Source: Felis catus (Eukaryota). Taken from it: a DNA stretch of 64,000 nucleotides. Shown in pieces: positions 36,752 through 50,374 of this stretch. The DNA lies in contig NC_058368.1 in NCBI RefSeq assembly GCF_018350175.1, forward strand, positions 210,244,001-210,308,000. Reading direction: 5' to 3'. The stretch's first letter is position 1; each line of letters begins with the position of its first letter. The notes below the pieces were generated by a model that did not search any database, was not told the DNA's origin, and was given only the letters and a program-made list of their open reading frames with translations. The position numbers were made by a program, and so were the translations under genes.

Positions 36752-39700
36752 CATAGCTGGCCTACTGCTGGCAGGCACCATTTCTGCCACTACCTAGCTA
36801 ACACTGCTTGCCTTGTCCTACTCCCTTACAGACCTGATCCATCCAAATAGCCTACTCTAGCAGGTGCCCCTCCAAAACAGCTCCCATCCTACCATACCCA
36901 GCAGGGGTGGCCTTGGTCCAGTGCTCCTCCCCAAAGCAGCTCCTACCCTTAGGAAGCAGCCTAGCCCACGAGTGCATCTATAGCAACTGCAGCTAAGTGC
37001 TACAGCCAGCTGAGCTGGGGGATCAGCTCTACCCAGCAGCACGATCACAGCATTGTGCCCTGGCCAAAACAGGACAGCACATATCCCCCACATGTGATAA
37101 CCTTGGAGTGCCCAGTTCTGATGATAAGGGTGGAGTGCCCTTCTGAGTCCCACAGGACACATTCTACATAAGCCTGCTCCTTCAAGATTGGGAGACATAG
37201 CTGATCTACCTAATACAAAGAAACATAGATAGTCAAAATGAGACAGGAATATATTTCAAATGAAAGAGCAAGACAAAACCTCAGAAAAAGACATGAAACA
37301 GAGATAAGGAATCTACTAATAAAGAGTTCAAAGTAATGGTCATAAAGATACTTACCAAACTTGGGAGAAAAATGGATGAATGCAGTGAGAACTTTAACAA
37401 ATATATAGAAAATATAAAAAAAGAACCAATTGGGGCACGTGGATGGCTCAGTTGGTTGAGCATCTGACTTTGGCTCAGGTCATGATCTCATGGTTTGTGA
37501 GGTCAAGCCCCACATCGGGCTCACTGCTGTCAGAGCAGAGCCTGCTTCAGATCCTCTGTCCCCCTCTATGCCCGTACCCCACTTGCACTCTCTCAAAAAT
37601 AAAAATTAAAAAAATAAATAAAAACGAACCAATCAGCCGAAGAATACAACAATAAACAAAAACTACACTAGAGGGAATCAACAGCAGTTTAGATTATGCA
37701 GAAGTACTACCAGCATCTGGAAGACATGGTGGTGGAAATCACCAAAGCTGAACATAAAGAAAAAAAAAATTTTAATGAAGATAATTTAACGGACCTCTTG
37801 GGCAACATCAAGTGCACTAATGCTCATTTCATAGGGGTCCCAGAGGAGAATTGGGGCGGGGGGGGGAAGGGGAGGGCAGAAAATTTATCGAAGAAACGAT
37901 AACTAAAAACTTCCCAAACCTGGGGAAGGAAACACACATCCAGGTCCAGGATGCACACAGAGCCCCAAACAAGATGAACCCAAAGAGGTCTACACCAAGA
38001 CACAATAATTAAAATGTTAAAAAAACTAAAAGAGAGAATCTTAAAAACAGCAAGAGAAAAATAACTAGTTATATCCCCCATAAGATTATAAGCTGACTTT
38101 TCAGCAGAAACTTTGCAGGCCAGAAGGGAATGGTACAATATATTACATGATGAAAGGGAAAAGAAAACCTAGGAACACCAACACTCTACCTGACCAGACT
38201 ATTATTCAGAATTGGAGACAGAAAGTTTTCCAGACAACAAAGGAATTCTTTTTTTTTTTCAAATGTTTATTTATTTTGAGAGAGAACGAGATAGGGCAAG
38301 CAGAGGAGGGGCAGAGTGAGAGGGAGAGACAGAATCCTAAGGAGGCTCTGTGTTGTCAGCACAGAGCCCAAAGTGGGCTCGAAATCACGAACTGTGAGAT
38401 CATCTGAGCCAAAACCAAGAGTCAGATGCTTAACTAACTGAGCCACCCAGGCACCCCAAAGGAATTCTTCACCACTAAGCTAGCCTTAAAAGATATGTTA
38501 AAGGGCCTTACTTAAGTAGAAGAGAAAAGGCCATAACTAGAAGAAAATTATGAAAGAAAAACAAATCTCACTGGTAAAAGCAAACATACAGTAAAGGTAG
38601 TGGATCAACCATTATAAAACTAATAAGAAGGCAACGTAGTAAAATCAACTACAGCTACAGTAATTAGGGATATGCAAAATAAAAAGATGTAAAATATGAT
38701 GTCAAAAACAAAACGGCAGGGGGGGGGGAGTAAGAATGTGTTTTTAGAATTCTTTAGAATGTAAGCAACCATCAACTTAAGACAGACTGCTATATATACC
38801 TAGGTTGTTTTACATGAACCTCATTGTAACCACAAACCAAAAACCTCAAACAGATACACCATAAGTAAATAAAGAAAAAAATAATCCAAATATAACTCTA
38901 AAAAAAGTTCTCAAACCACAAGGGAAGACAGCAACAGAAGAAACAACTACAAAATCAACCAGAAAACAATGAACAAAATGGCAATAATTACATACCTATT
39001 GCTAATTACTTTAAATGTAAATGGAATAAATGCACCAATTAAAAGAGAGTGGCTGAATAGATACTAAAAAAAAGAAAAGACCACTATATATGTTGCCTAA
39101 AAGAGAGTTCAGACCAAAAGACATACCAGACTGAAAAGGAAGGGATGGAAAAAGATATTCCATGCAAATGGAAATGAAAAGACAGCTGGGGTGGCAATAC
39201 TTCTTCTATCAGACAAAACAGACTTTAAAACAAAGACTGTAACAAGAGACAAAGGGCCTTACATAATGACCAAGGGATCAATCTAACAAGAGGATATTAC
39301 ACTTATAAATATCTATGCATCTAACCTAGGAGTATAAAGCTCCTACATACATAAAAACATAAAGCTAATATTAACAGACATAAAGGGAGAAATTGACAGT
39401 AATGAAATAATAGTAGGGGACTTTAACACTGCACTTACATCAACGGATAGGTCATGCAGACAGAAAATCAATAAGAAAACAGTAGCTTTAAATGTAACGT
39501 TAGACAAGACAGGACTCAAGAGATATATACAGAACATTTCCATACCAAAACAGCACAATACACATTCTTTTCAAGCGCACATGGAACATTTTCCAAAACA
39601 GATCACGTGTTAAGCTATAAAACAAGTTTCAATAGATTTAAGAAGACTGAAATCCTAGCCTGTTTCTTTTCAGACCACAACAGTATGGACACAGGTATAA

Positions 39701-40383
39701 ATTACAGGAAAAAAAACCTGGAAAAAAACAGAAGCATGTGGAGGCTAAACAACAACTGAGTCTATGAAAAAATTAAAAAGGGGAAATAAAAAAACACCTA
39801 AAGATAAATGAAATTAGAATCCCAACACTCCAAAATCTGTGGTATGCAGCAAAAGCACTTCTGAACAAAGTTTGTAATGTGATACAGGCCTACCTCAAGA
39901 GACAACAAAAATCTCAATCTAACCCTATAACTAAATGAACTAGAAAAAAGAAGAACAAACAAAACCCAAAGTTAGCAGAAGGAAGGAAATAATAAGGATC
40001 AGAACAGAAATGAAGACTAAAAAACAATAGAAAAAAAAAATCACTGAAGGAACTGATTCTTTGAAACGATAAACAAAATTGATAAACCTTTAGCCAGACT
40101 CATCAAGAAAAAGAGAGGGCCCAAGTAAATAAAATCTAAATTCAAAGAGAAGTTAAAACTGACACCATAAATTAGAAGAGACTACTATAAACAATTATAT
40201 ACCAACAAATTGAGCAGCCTTGAAATAATGGTAAATTCCTAGAAGCATACAATCTTCCAAGACTGAATCAGAAAGAAAGAGAAAACCTGAACAGAACTAC
40301 TAGTAATGAAATTGAATCAGTAATTTAAAAACTCTCAACAAACAAAAGTCCAGAACCAGATGGTTTCACAGGTAAATTTTAGC

Positions 40384-40414
<31 letters not shown>

Positions 40415-40747
40415 AACATTTATTTATTCTTGAGAGACAGAGAGCAGGTGCGGGGCAGAGAGAGAGGGAGACACAGAATCTTAAGCAGGCTCCAGGCTCC
40501 GAGGTCTCAGCACAGAACCTGATGTGGGGCTTGAACTCACAGACCATGAGATCATGACCTGAACCCAAGTTGGGAGCTTAACCGACTGAGCCACCAAGGT
40601 GCCCTTTAGCAAACAATTTTTTAAAGTTAATACTTATCCTTTTCAAGCTATTCTAAAAAACTGAAGTGGAAGGAACATTTCCAAACTTATTCTACAAGGC
40701 TGGCATTAACCTGATAACAAAACCAGACAAAGACACTATATACATAT

Positions 40748-40778
<31 letters not shown>

Positions 40779-43700
40779 CATACATAATTACAGGCTGATA
40801 TCCCTAAAAACATAGATGCAAAAAACCCTCAACAAAATATTAGCAAACTGAACTCAATAATATATTAAAAGGATCACATGCTATGATCAGGTGGGCTATA
40901 CTCCAGAAATGCAAGGATGGTTCAATATCCACAAATCAGCCAACATGATATATATATACCACATTAACAAAAGATAAAAATCATATGATCACCTTAATAG
41001 ATGCAGATAAGCATTTAGAAAAATTCAACATTTATGATAAAACCTCTCAACAAAGTGAGTGCAGAGGAAAGAAACCTCAACATATTAAAGGCCATATATA
41101 ACAAAACCACAACTAGTATCATAATCAACAGTGAAAAACTGAAAGCTTTTATGATCAGGAACAAGGCAAAGATGCCCACTCTCACGACTTTTATTCAATG
41201 TAGTTTGGAAATCATAGGATCAAGTGAGAAAAAATAAATAAAAGCATCCATACTGACAAAGAAGAAGTAAAATAGTCACTATTTGCAGATTATATGATAC
41301 TATATATAGAAAACCCACAAAGTAACTATTAGAATAAGTGAATTCAGAAAAGTTGCAGAATAAACAGAAATCTGTTGTGCTTCTATATACTAATAACAAA
41401 CCACGTGAAAGAGAAATTAAGAGAACAATCCCACTTATCACTGCGTCAAAAAGAATAAAATACCTGGAAATAAATTTAACCAAGGAGGTGAAAGAAAAAT
41501 ATGAAAACTATAAGACACTGATGAAAGAAAGATGACACAAATACACTGAAAGATATTCAGTGCTCATGGATTAGAAGGCTTAATATTGTTAAAAAGTACA
41601 TACTTCCCAAAGCAACCTACAGATTGAGTGCAATCCCTTATCAAAATACCAGTGGTGGGGCACCTGTGTGGCTCAGTTGGTTAAGGTCTGACTCTTGATT
41701 TCGGCTCAGGTCATGATCTCATGGTCGTGAACTCAAGCCCCATGTCTGTCAGTCCCCACAAGGAGAACGGAACTTGCTTGGGATTCTCTCTCTTCCTTGC
41801 TCTCTGCTCCTTCCCTTGCTTGCTTGCTCTCTCAAAGTAAGTAAGTAAGTAAGCAAACATTAAAAAAATATCAGTGGCATTTTTTAAAACAGAACTAGAA
41901 TAAATACTCCTAAAATTTGTATGGAACCACAAAAGATCTGAACACAATCTTAGAGGAAGATGAACAAAGCTGGAGGCATCAACATCCCTTGATTTCAAGC
42001 TATACTACAAAGCTATAGTAATGAAAGCAGTATGGTACTGGCACAAATACAGACCAATAGATCAATGGAATACATTAGAGCCCAGAAATAAACCCATGTT
42101 TATATGGTCAATTATAGTTGACCCTTCAACAATGTGGTAACGGGTTAGGGGCACTGAACCCCCCAGCCAGCACAGTTAAAATTCCACATGTAAGTTTTGA
42201 CTGCCCCCAAAACTTAACTCTAATAGTCTACTATTGACTGGAAACCTTAGTGATAACATAAACAGTCAATTAACACATGCTTTGTATGGTATATGTATTA
42301 TATATCGTATTGTTACCATAAAGTAAGCTACAGAGAATAAAATATTAAGAAAATTCTAAGGAAAATGTACTTACAGTATTGTACTTACTGTATTTATCAA
42401 TACCTGAAATTTATGTCATCTGTTTACAAGATTAATCATTTGTCATTACTAACATCAATACTGTCTTACATAATACAAAACCCTGTAAATGTTATGCATA
42501 TTAACCCGAGACATCAAAAATGAAAAGATGTGAAAAACAAATTCATATTCACAGGTATAATGATTCATGCATTGATTACAAAGCAGTAGCAATATCATTG
42601 CCCTATAGTAGCCTAGAGTAAATAATATGGTTTCACAGTGCCCTAGCCTGTACACTAATGAATGAATCACTATAAAATATTTATGGCACACAGTATTATC
42701 ATCATATTCATAACACAGTATTGTAAATACTGTTACATTTTTTTTTTGAAAAAGCACTTACCTTGATGATAGGCTGATACATTTTCTCCAATAACGAGAG
42801 GCATACTGTAATTCTTTGAAAACAAAGTTATAAACAGTAAGAAAATAACATGTCATTAATTTTACATTAAATATCACTCACTTTATGCCTATGTAAGGAT
42901 AGGACATCTACTTCCATACGTGTTTGTACACGATGTTCTACCCCATGAATACTTAGGTGATGATGATGATGACACAAAAACATATCAGAGTTCTTGCCAC
43001 ACAATTGTCAGATTTTCACACTAAGACACTCACACGTATACACAGCACTTTATTAACTATACAGCAAGATTATTTTTCATGAAGTGGATCATCATAAAGG
43101 TCTTCATCCTGTCTTCATGTTGAATAGGCTGAGGAGGAGGAGGAGGAGGAGGAAGAGGAAGGAGTGGTCTTGCACACAGACATGGGCGTGGCAGAGGCAA
43201 AAGTGGAGGAGGTGGAAGGGGAGGACGAGGAGGAGGCACACTCCGTGTAACTTTATGGGAGTACATTGCAATTTGTGCCTGTTTGCTTTTTCACGTTTCT
43301 AAAAATGTTTCTATACAGTACCAATTTTTCTCCCACCATTTGCTTTAGTTTCTGTGCCCATATTCATGGAGTAAAATAAATCAAAAGCAGTCTTGAATAA
43401 CTGGAACCCTTCTGCCAGCTTGTCTAATGTCAATTTGGTTTCTGGCACTGCTTCTTCTAGGTGTTCTTCCTCATCATCCGGCACTGGTTCAGAAGCACTC
43501 GTCTCCATCAAGGCATCATTAGCTAAGTCTTCTGGTGTGGCGTCTCTTGGCTCTTGAATTTCTCCAAAAATCGCATCTTGAAAGCCTTCATCCCCCACCT
43601 TTTTTGCCATACCCACAATCTCTTTCATGGTGCCCTTGATTGGCTCTGTTGTAAATCCTGTGAAGTCATGCACAACATCTGGACAGTTTTCTCCAGCAAG

Positions 43701-46700
43701 AATTCGTTTAGGGCTTGACATCTTTCCTGGCTTTTTCTGTGACAATGCCATCTTCAATGGAAAATTCTACCAGGCTTTCATGATGTTCTAGCAAGGTTCT
43801 CTTGCATACACAATCCTTTCCATAGAATACTGTGGGTAGTAAGCCTTAAAGATCATTATGACCCTCTGACCAAGAGGCCGAATTAGAGACATTGTGTTGG
43901 AGGGCAAGTAGACCACTTTGATAAACTCACGAGGTTCTGCGTGGCCAGAGTCATTGTTCAATACCAAAAGAATGTTAAAAAACAGTTCCCTACAGGCAAG
44001 GTACTTCTTGACTTCAGGGACGAAGCACCGATGGAACCAATTTAGAAAGAGGTCTTATTATCCAGGCCTTCTTGTTGTCCAGTGAAGAGACTGGCCGTTG
44101 GTGTTTATCTTTTCCCTTTAAGGCTTGGGGCTTAGCAAAGGGCAGTGCTGATCATAAACCCGAGTGCATTTGCACAAAAAGGTAGGCAGTCCCTTTCTGC
44201 CTTATATATTGCTACTTGCTTCTCTTCCTTACTAATGTCTTTTGTTCTTTCCAGAATAGGGCACTTTCATCTGCATTAAAACCTGTTCAGGCAAATATCC
44301 CTTCTCCTCAAGGATTTTCTTAATGGGGTCTGGGAACTTGTCTGCTGCCTTTGTTGGCAGAAGCTGCTTCTCTTGTTATCTTGACATTTTTTAAGTCAAA
44401 CCTTTTTAGAAAATTATCAAACCATCCTTTACTGGCATTAAATTCTCCAGCTTTAAATGCTTTACTTCGTTTTGCTTTAAGTTGTCATATAATGACCTTG
44501 CTTTTTCTCAAATCATATTAGAGTCTCTAAGTGTATGCCTTTTTTACAGCGATCCCCAACCCGCATAAAGTCTGCATTTTCAATACAAGATGAGAAGGTA
44601 TTTGGTAAGAAGGGCAGGGTGTTCATGCCTGCTAGTACAGCTGTACCAACATCTTCACAAATTTCCTTTCTTTTACGGTGGTCCTTCTGCTGGATTTATT
44701 TATCTTGAAATGGTGGGCAACTGCAACCGCAGACTGATCAAACAATCAACATTTTCTTGTAATGTCATGGCTTTGCTTCCTGGGACCACTTTCAGTGTCA
44801 CAAGTGGCACTTCATATGGGTCCTCAGGTGTTCTTCAAGGCTTACAGTTGTACTAAGCACAATGAAAAATATGTGAGAACCATGGGAGATTGCTTTTTAA
44901 AAGCAATATGCAACTTACTGGAGATGAACTGCTCATGAGATTATTAGCATCACATGGTATTTTAAGTGATTACTCGCGATACTGGAACTCACTGCAATCG
45001 CAACAGGGGGTGGCTACGAATCTACTACAATAGTACAGTATGGACTGCAGTTAATTTCATGCAGTTATGGTTTAATACCACATCTTTACATTGTTTACGC
45101 TTCTCTCAACTGCAAATGGCACCAAGTACTGTCTGTGTGTGTTTATGGAAGTTCTGATAAATTTTAACATTTTGTAATAGATTTGTGTGTTTTATGGTAG
45201 TAATTGATGAAATAGACTAGTATCTACATATTTTTTATGCACGTATGACATATTTAGCCATTTTTGATATGTCTAGGCTACAAAGTTCACCTAAGAACTT
45301 TTTCAAATTGTCACAAATCTCCAAAAATTTTTCTAATAGGTTTATTCAAAAATCGTGCATATAAGTAGTCCTGTAGAGTGCAAACCCATTTTGTTCAAGG
45401 ATCAACTATAATCTGTGACAAAGATGGCAAGAATATACAATGGGAAAAGACAGCCTCTTCCATACACGGTGCTGGGAAAACTGGGCAGCTACATGCAAAT
45501 GAATGAAACTACAGCACTTTTTTGTACCTGATACAAATACAAACTCAAAATGGGGTAAAGACTTAAAGACCTGAAACCATAAAACTAAAAGAAAACATAG
45601 GCAGTAAACTCTTTGACATCAGTTTTAGCAATTTTTTTGGGGGGGATGTGCTTCCTCAGGCAATGGCAACAAAAGCAAAAAACAAATGAAACTACATCCA
45701 AATAGAAAGCTTTTGTACAGGACAGGAAACCGTCAGTTAAAAAAATAGACATAAAAAAAATAGTGAATGGAAGAAAATATTTGCAAATGATATATCCGAT
45801 AAGGGGTTAGTATCCAAAATATATAAAGAACTCACACAACTCAATACCAAAAATAATCGCATTAAAAGGAACAGAAGAGAGGCGCCTGGGTGGCGCAGTC
45901 GGTTAAGCATCCGACTTCAGCCAGGTCACGATCTCGCAGTCCGGGAGTTCAAGCCCCGCGTCAGGCTCTGGGATGATGGCTCAGAGCCTGGAGCCTGTTT
46001 CCGATTCTGTGTCTCCCTCTCTCTCTGCCCCTCCCCCGTTCATGCTCTGTCTCTCTCTGTCCCAAAAATAAATAAACGTTGAAAAAAAAAAAAAAAAGGA
46101 ACAGAAGACCTGGATAGACATTTTTCCAAAGGAGACATACAGATGGTCAATAGACACATGAAAAGATGCTCAACATCACTAATCATCAGGGAAATGCAAA
46201 CTAAAATCACAAGGAGATGTCCCCTCAGACCTACCAGATGATTATTTTCAAAGAGACAAGAAATAACAAGGGTTGGCGACGACATGGAGAAAAGGGAACC
46301 CTTGTACATTGTTGGTGGGAACTGATGTAGCCACTATGGAAAAGAATATGAAGGTTCCTCAAAATATTTAAAATAAAACTATCATATGATGCAACAATAC
46401 CATTTCCAAATATCTGAAAACAAAAACACTAATTCAAAAAGATGTATGCACCCCTATGTTCACTGCAGCATTACTTACGATAGTCAAGATATGGAAGCAA
46501 CCCAAGTGTCCATCGACAGATGAATGGACAAAGATGTGGTATACAGTGAAACATTTACCTATTAAAAAATGAAATCTTGCCATTTGTGACAACATGGACA
46601 GACCTAAAGGGTATTATGCCAAGTGAAAGAAGTCATAGAAAGACAAATACTATATGATTTCACTTATATGTGTAATTTAAAAAAAGAAAATGAACAAACA

Positions 46701-47033
46701 GAAACATACTCGTAAATGCAGAAACAAACTAATGGTTGCCAGAGGGGAGAAGTAGGCAGTCAGGTGAAACAAGCGAAGGGGAGTGAAGTATAAGCTTCCA
46801 GTCATAATATAAGTCATGGAAATGAAAAAGTCAATAAAAGTGTGATAATGTTGTTTGGTGATAGATAGCAACTATACTTATCATGGTGAGTGCTGTATAA
46901 TTATTAATTATTAATGCATAATGTGTAATTACTAATGTATAATTGTTAAATCACTCTGTTGTATACCTGAAACTAATAAAATTAGTTTAAAATAAAAACT
47001 AATAAAAATAAAACTATCCTTCAATTTTAAAAA
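36752..47033 (+). mobile_element. Near-full-length degenerate old L1 ('B'): 5' UTR ~36752-37237, ORF1 ~37238-38520, ORF2 from ~38978, 3' end ~47030; interrupted by Tigger2 and by SINEs at 37432-37620, 38251-38456, 40410-40604, 41657-41863 and 45879-46093
   Basis: ORF1 motifs (IGVPEE; ataagattataagctgacttttcagcagaaact); ORF2 start attactttaaatgtaaatgga; ORF2 colinear through to an A-rich tail. Confidence 0.92.
42115..45408 (-). mobile_element. Tigger2-type (Tc1/mariner-pogo) DNA transposon, ~3.3 kb, dead transposase
   Basis: TIRs tagttgacccttcaacaa / ttgttcaaggatcaacta; TA TSDs at 42113-42114 and 45409-45410; minus-strand peptides FNASKGWFDNF, NADESALFW, CPDVVHDFTGFTTEPIK. Confidence 0.92.
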
Positions 47034-47468
47034 GCTTAGAAAAAACGTAATTTAGGATTTAAATTACTAAGAAATTCAATCCGTTGTGCCAATGTACCAT
47101 ATATGTATCACTATACTTAAGGATAGTAGTACCTACCAAGACAATTGTGCAAAAAAGTTCCCAGCGATAATGTGACAGATAAATAATATGAGAAAAAATT
47201 ATATATATGAGAAGGAAAAGAGTAAATATACTGATGAACTGCTGAGCTACAAGGAGAAATTACTTCAAATGCAGCTTATTCTTGACATTAACATTAAAAA
47301 TAAGCATGAGATTAGGGTGTAAGTCAATGAGAAGGTTTAAGTTTTCTACATTAAGGAAAATAGGAAGAGTATTTTTTTAAAGTGTCATAGGCTTTAAGAT
47401 ATATTTTTAAGAAAATTACTGACTACACAAGGAGGGACTAAGAGAAAAATAGAAAAGAATATTAAAAA

Positions 47469-47685
47469 AATTTTTTTTAATGTTTATTATTTATTTTTGA
47501 GAGACCGTGAGACAGACTGAGAGCAGGGGAAGGGCAGAGAGAGAGAGGGAGGCACAGAATTTGAAGCAGGCTCCAGGCTCTGAGCTGTCAGCACAGGGCC
47601 CGATGCAGGGCTCAAACTCACGAACCGTGAGATCATGACCTGAGCCAAAGTAGGATGCTTAACCAACTGAGCCACCCAGGCGCCC
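47469..47685 (-). mobile_element. Can-SINE
   Basis: flanked by gaaaagaatatt/gaaaagaacatt. Confidence 0.92.
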
Positions 47686-48904
47686 TGAAAAGAACATTTT
47701 AATTTGAATATTTTATAAGATAGTAAAGGGATGGATTATAACTAACCTCATTCATTTCTCCCTTTTAAAAAGTCAAATATCAATTGCTAAAGAAAATCAA
47801 ATCAAACTTTGGATTCTGAAAAGACCGTTGAAGAGATCGGAATAACATACAGCTTTCTCTCCCAGTAGAGCTTCGGGGAGTAGGAATGAGTTCTCATCTG
47901 TACCTCTACAATGAATAAGGACTGGGACTACCAGAGAAGAAACTGCTAATTACAAGAACAAACAATAGTTTTCATACACTGAAATTTAACATTCTTTACT
48001 TATGGTGTGTGTGGGGGGACCTGATATACGGATGTTTGAAGTAAGTATACAGTATTTGAGAACCAGGTTTTTACAAACTTCTATTAAACAAACATTTCCC
48101 CCAGCTACAAATAGTTTATTTCTCCACACTTACCTTCTTTGAATGGAAAAGGAGGGCTTGAATGATGTTGTTGCCATACTAAACTGGCTCTTCTTGGCTT
48201 TCACAAGAAAATAATCTATTTAAATATCTCTGGCAATTACGCTTTGCTATTTCCTCCTGCCTCCGATCTTCTCTTCGAAACATCTTTTCTTCATGAAAGG
48301 ATTCCTCACAGGATCATTGTATTAATCTTATAAATACTTCTGTAAGCATTTTAAATGGGCTATTGTAGATTATCCACTTGAAATGCAGTAATATTGCCAA
48401 AGTCTAGAGCTCCAACCTGTATCACAAAGAGTTAGCCTCTTGATGAAGAGACTTTATGACTTCCTTGGATATTTGGCTAGTTTGGGAAAGGGAGAGGAAA
48501 GAGGTTGCTTTTTTGCTTGTTCCAGGGCGAGGGTATCCAGTGGAAAGGAGCTTCTTTCTAGTTTTCCCAGCCCCTGGGTTACTTAGTGCCTTTCCTCAGA
48601 GGCTCTGCATCATCCCCGGTGCTGCTGCTCAAACACAGTATCCTCCACACTGTAAATCTTCAGTAAACGTGGGACGGAAATGAAGTTGACCAGGACAGAA
48701 GGGATATGTTACTTTATACAGAAATTTGGATCTCTGGAACTTGTGGCTAGAGTATAAGAGAGGGAGGAATCAAGGGCCACAGGCAGATGCCAGAATCATA
48801 AAAAGAATGACAGCCAGATGTTATGTGTCTCCTGATGGAAGAATAATACCACTTAGCAAGTATCCATTCGCCAAAAAAAGAACTTGTAAGATAAGCCTCG
48901 AGAT

Positions 48905-49105
48905 CAGGGTTTCACAACTCTGGCACTTACTGACATTTTGTAGCAGGTAACACTGCTGTGCGGAGCTGTCCTATAAACTGTAAGGTGGTTAGCTGCATCC
49001 ATAGCCTCCGTCCACTAGATGCCAATAGCACCTCTCTACTTGTGACAACCAAAAACGTTTTCCGGTATTACCGAATGTCTCCCGGTTGGCAAAATCACCC
49101 TTGGT
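48905..49105 (-). mobile_element. MER20 (hAT-Charlie)
   Basis: cagggtttc...ccactagatgccaatagca...gtgacaaccaaaaa; a second copy is at 62923. Confidence 0.85.
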
Positions 49106-49169
49106 CTAGAGCTTTTTGTTGCTGAATCCAACTACCGGTTTATCGAAATAAGAGACAGGTTAACCTGTT

Positions 49170-49645
49170 ATACAGAGATCACATCAATAAAAGTCACAAT
49201 GTAGAACACAGGACAAACAACCTAGTTTCATCTATAAACAAACTGCAAAGTAAAAAATTTGGGGCAGGGGCCAGGGGCGGACCCCAAAGATTAAGAGACT
49301 TAAGAAAATGTCAATCAAATGCAATGTACAGATCATGTCTGGAGCCTCATCAAACTCATGTTAGAAAGCACCTGAGACCAAATGGGGAACTTTCAACAGC
49401 ATCTTGATATTTAATGTTTCAGAAATAATTCAGGAGAATATCTTTCAGATGTATATACTAAAATACTTATAAATTTTGCTTCAAAGTAATCTGTGCAGGT
49501 CGGGGTATGAGTGTGTATGTTGGGGGGGTGCAATGATAGATAAAATGGGATAGGCCATAACTTAATGATAAAAGAAAATAATGAGGTTATGATATTGTCT
49601 ACTTTTTGCATGTAGTTGACATTTTTCATCATTAAAAAAAGGAAG
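49170..49645 (+). mobile_element. Old L1MC-like 3' remnant
   Basis: agattaagagacttaagaaaatgtcaatcaaatgcaatg motif. Confidence 0.6.
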
Positions 49646-50203
49646 CATAGTAGTGATAATAACAGAACATAATGAAAGGCAGCCAGAAAAGCTGGGTAAT
49701 GTTCAGTAAGAATCACACTACCATTTGAATGGACGGGTTCAAAAGAAACTGAATTCCCAAGATCTGTAGGTACAGACTGAACTATTCAAAGTTTCCTAAT
49801 GAAAGTGAAATATGCAGTATAAGCTGACCCAGTCTCTATTTAAAGAGTGCTACTAGCTGCCTTTCACTGATAGTACCTGACTATCACACTCATCACCTGA
49901 ACTGCAAATGTTTTAGAAATGTTACTATTTTAGAAGCACTGTAAAGAAAAAGCCTGTATTTAGCACCTTCTCCGAAAGCCTTATAAACTATCATTTTAAT
50001 TTGATAATAAGCAGATGAAGTGGATGGAACAAAGAGGATCATTTTAGGGCTCATTTTGTAGGGCCTTAACTAGAGGGCCAGGATCAAGGGCACACCACAC
50101 CAAACGCTTTCTAATTTTAACCACCGGACTTAAGAAAAAAAAAAAAAAAAAGAGAAAAAAGGAATACAAGTTAGCTGAAGTACTCATTTTTATAAAAATG
50201 TGT

Positions 50204-50209
50204 TTTATT
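50204..50209 (-). promoter_or_regulatory. SKP2: SKP2 polyadenylation signal AATAAA
   Basis: tttatt on + strand, with a downstream U-rich element. Confidence 0.7.
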
Positions 50210-50280
50210 TTAAAACAAGTCTATAAAAGTAGAAATCACATACAAAAATACAGATTACTCTGACATGTTAGCAAAATAGC

Positions 50281-50374
50281 TTATGGCTGGACTTGAGTCT
50301 GGAAGTACTGTGTGTCTGAGGGCATCTGGAAGTCACAGCCCATCTGGATCCTATCATCAGCCCTTGTCACTAAT
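50281..50374 (-). CDS. SKP2: Putative alternative SKP2 terminal coding segment (Skp2B-like acceptor; frameshifted relative to human)
   Basis: ttgtttacag|A TTA GTG ACA AGG GCT...; reads LVTRADDRIQMGCDFQMPSDTQYFQTQVQP*; use in cat not demonstrated. Confidence 0.45.

Noticed and set aside
43311..43757. 148-aa ORF resembling TIGD-type domesticated transposases
   Set aside because: C-terminal fragment of a decayed Tigger2; upstream frameshifts and mutated catalytic motifs argue against a gene
48128..48330. Perfect minus-strand donor AAG|GTAAGT downstream of the SKP2 poly(A) site
   Set aside because: No convincing partner acceptor or recognisable peptide
50185..50200. 16-bp perfect palindrome catttttataaaaatg next to the SKP2 poly(A) signal
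   Set aside because: Low-complexity AT palindrome; no evidence of function
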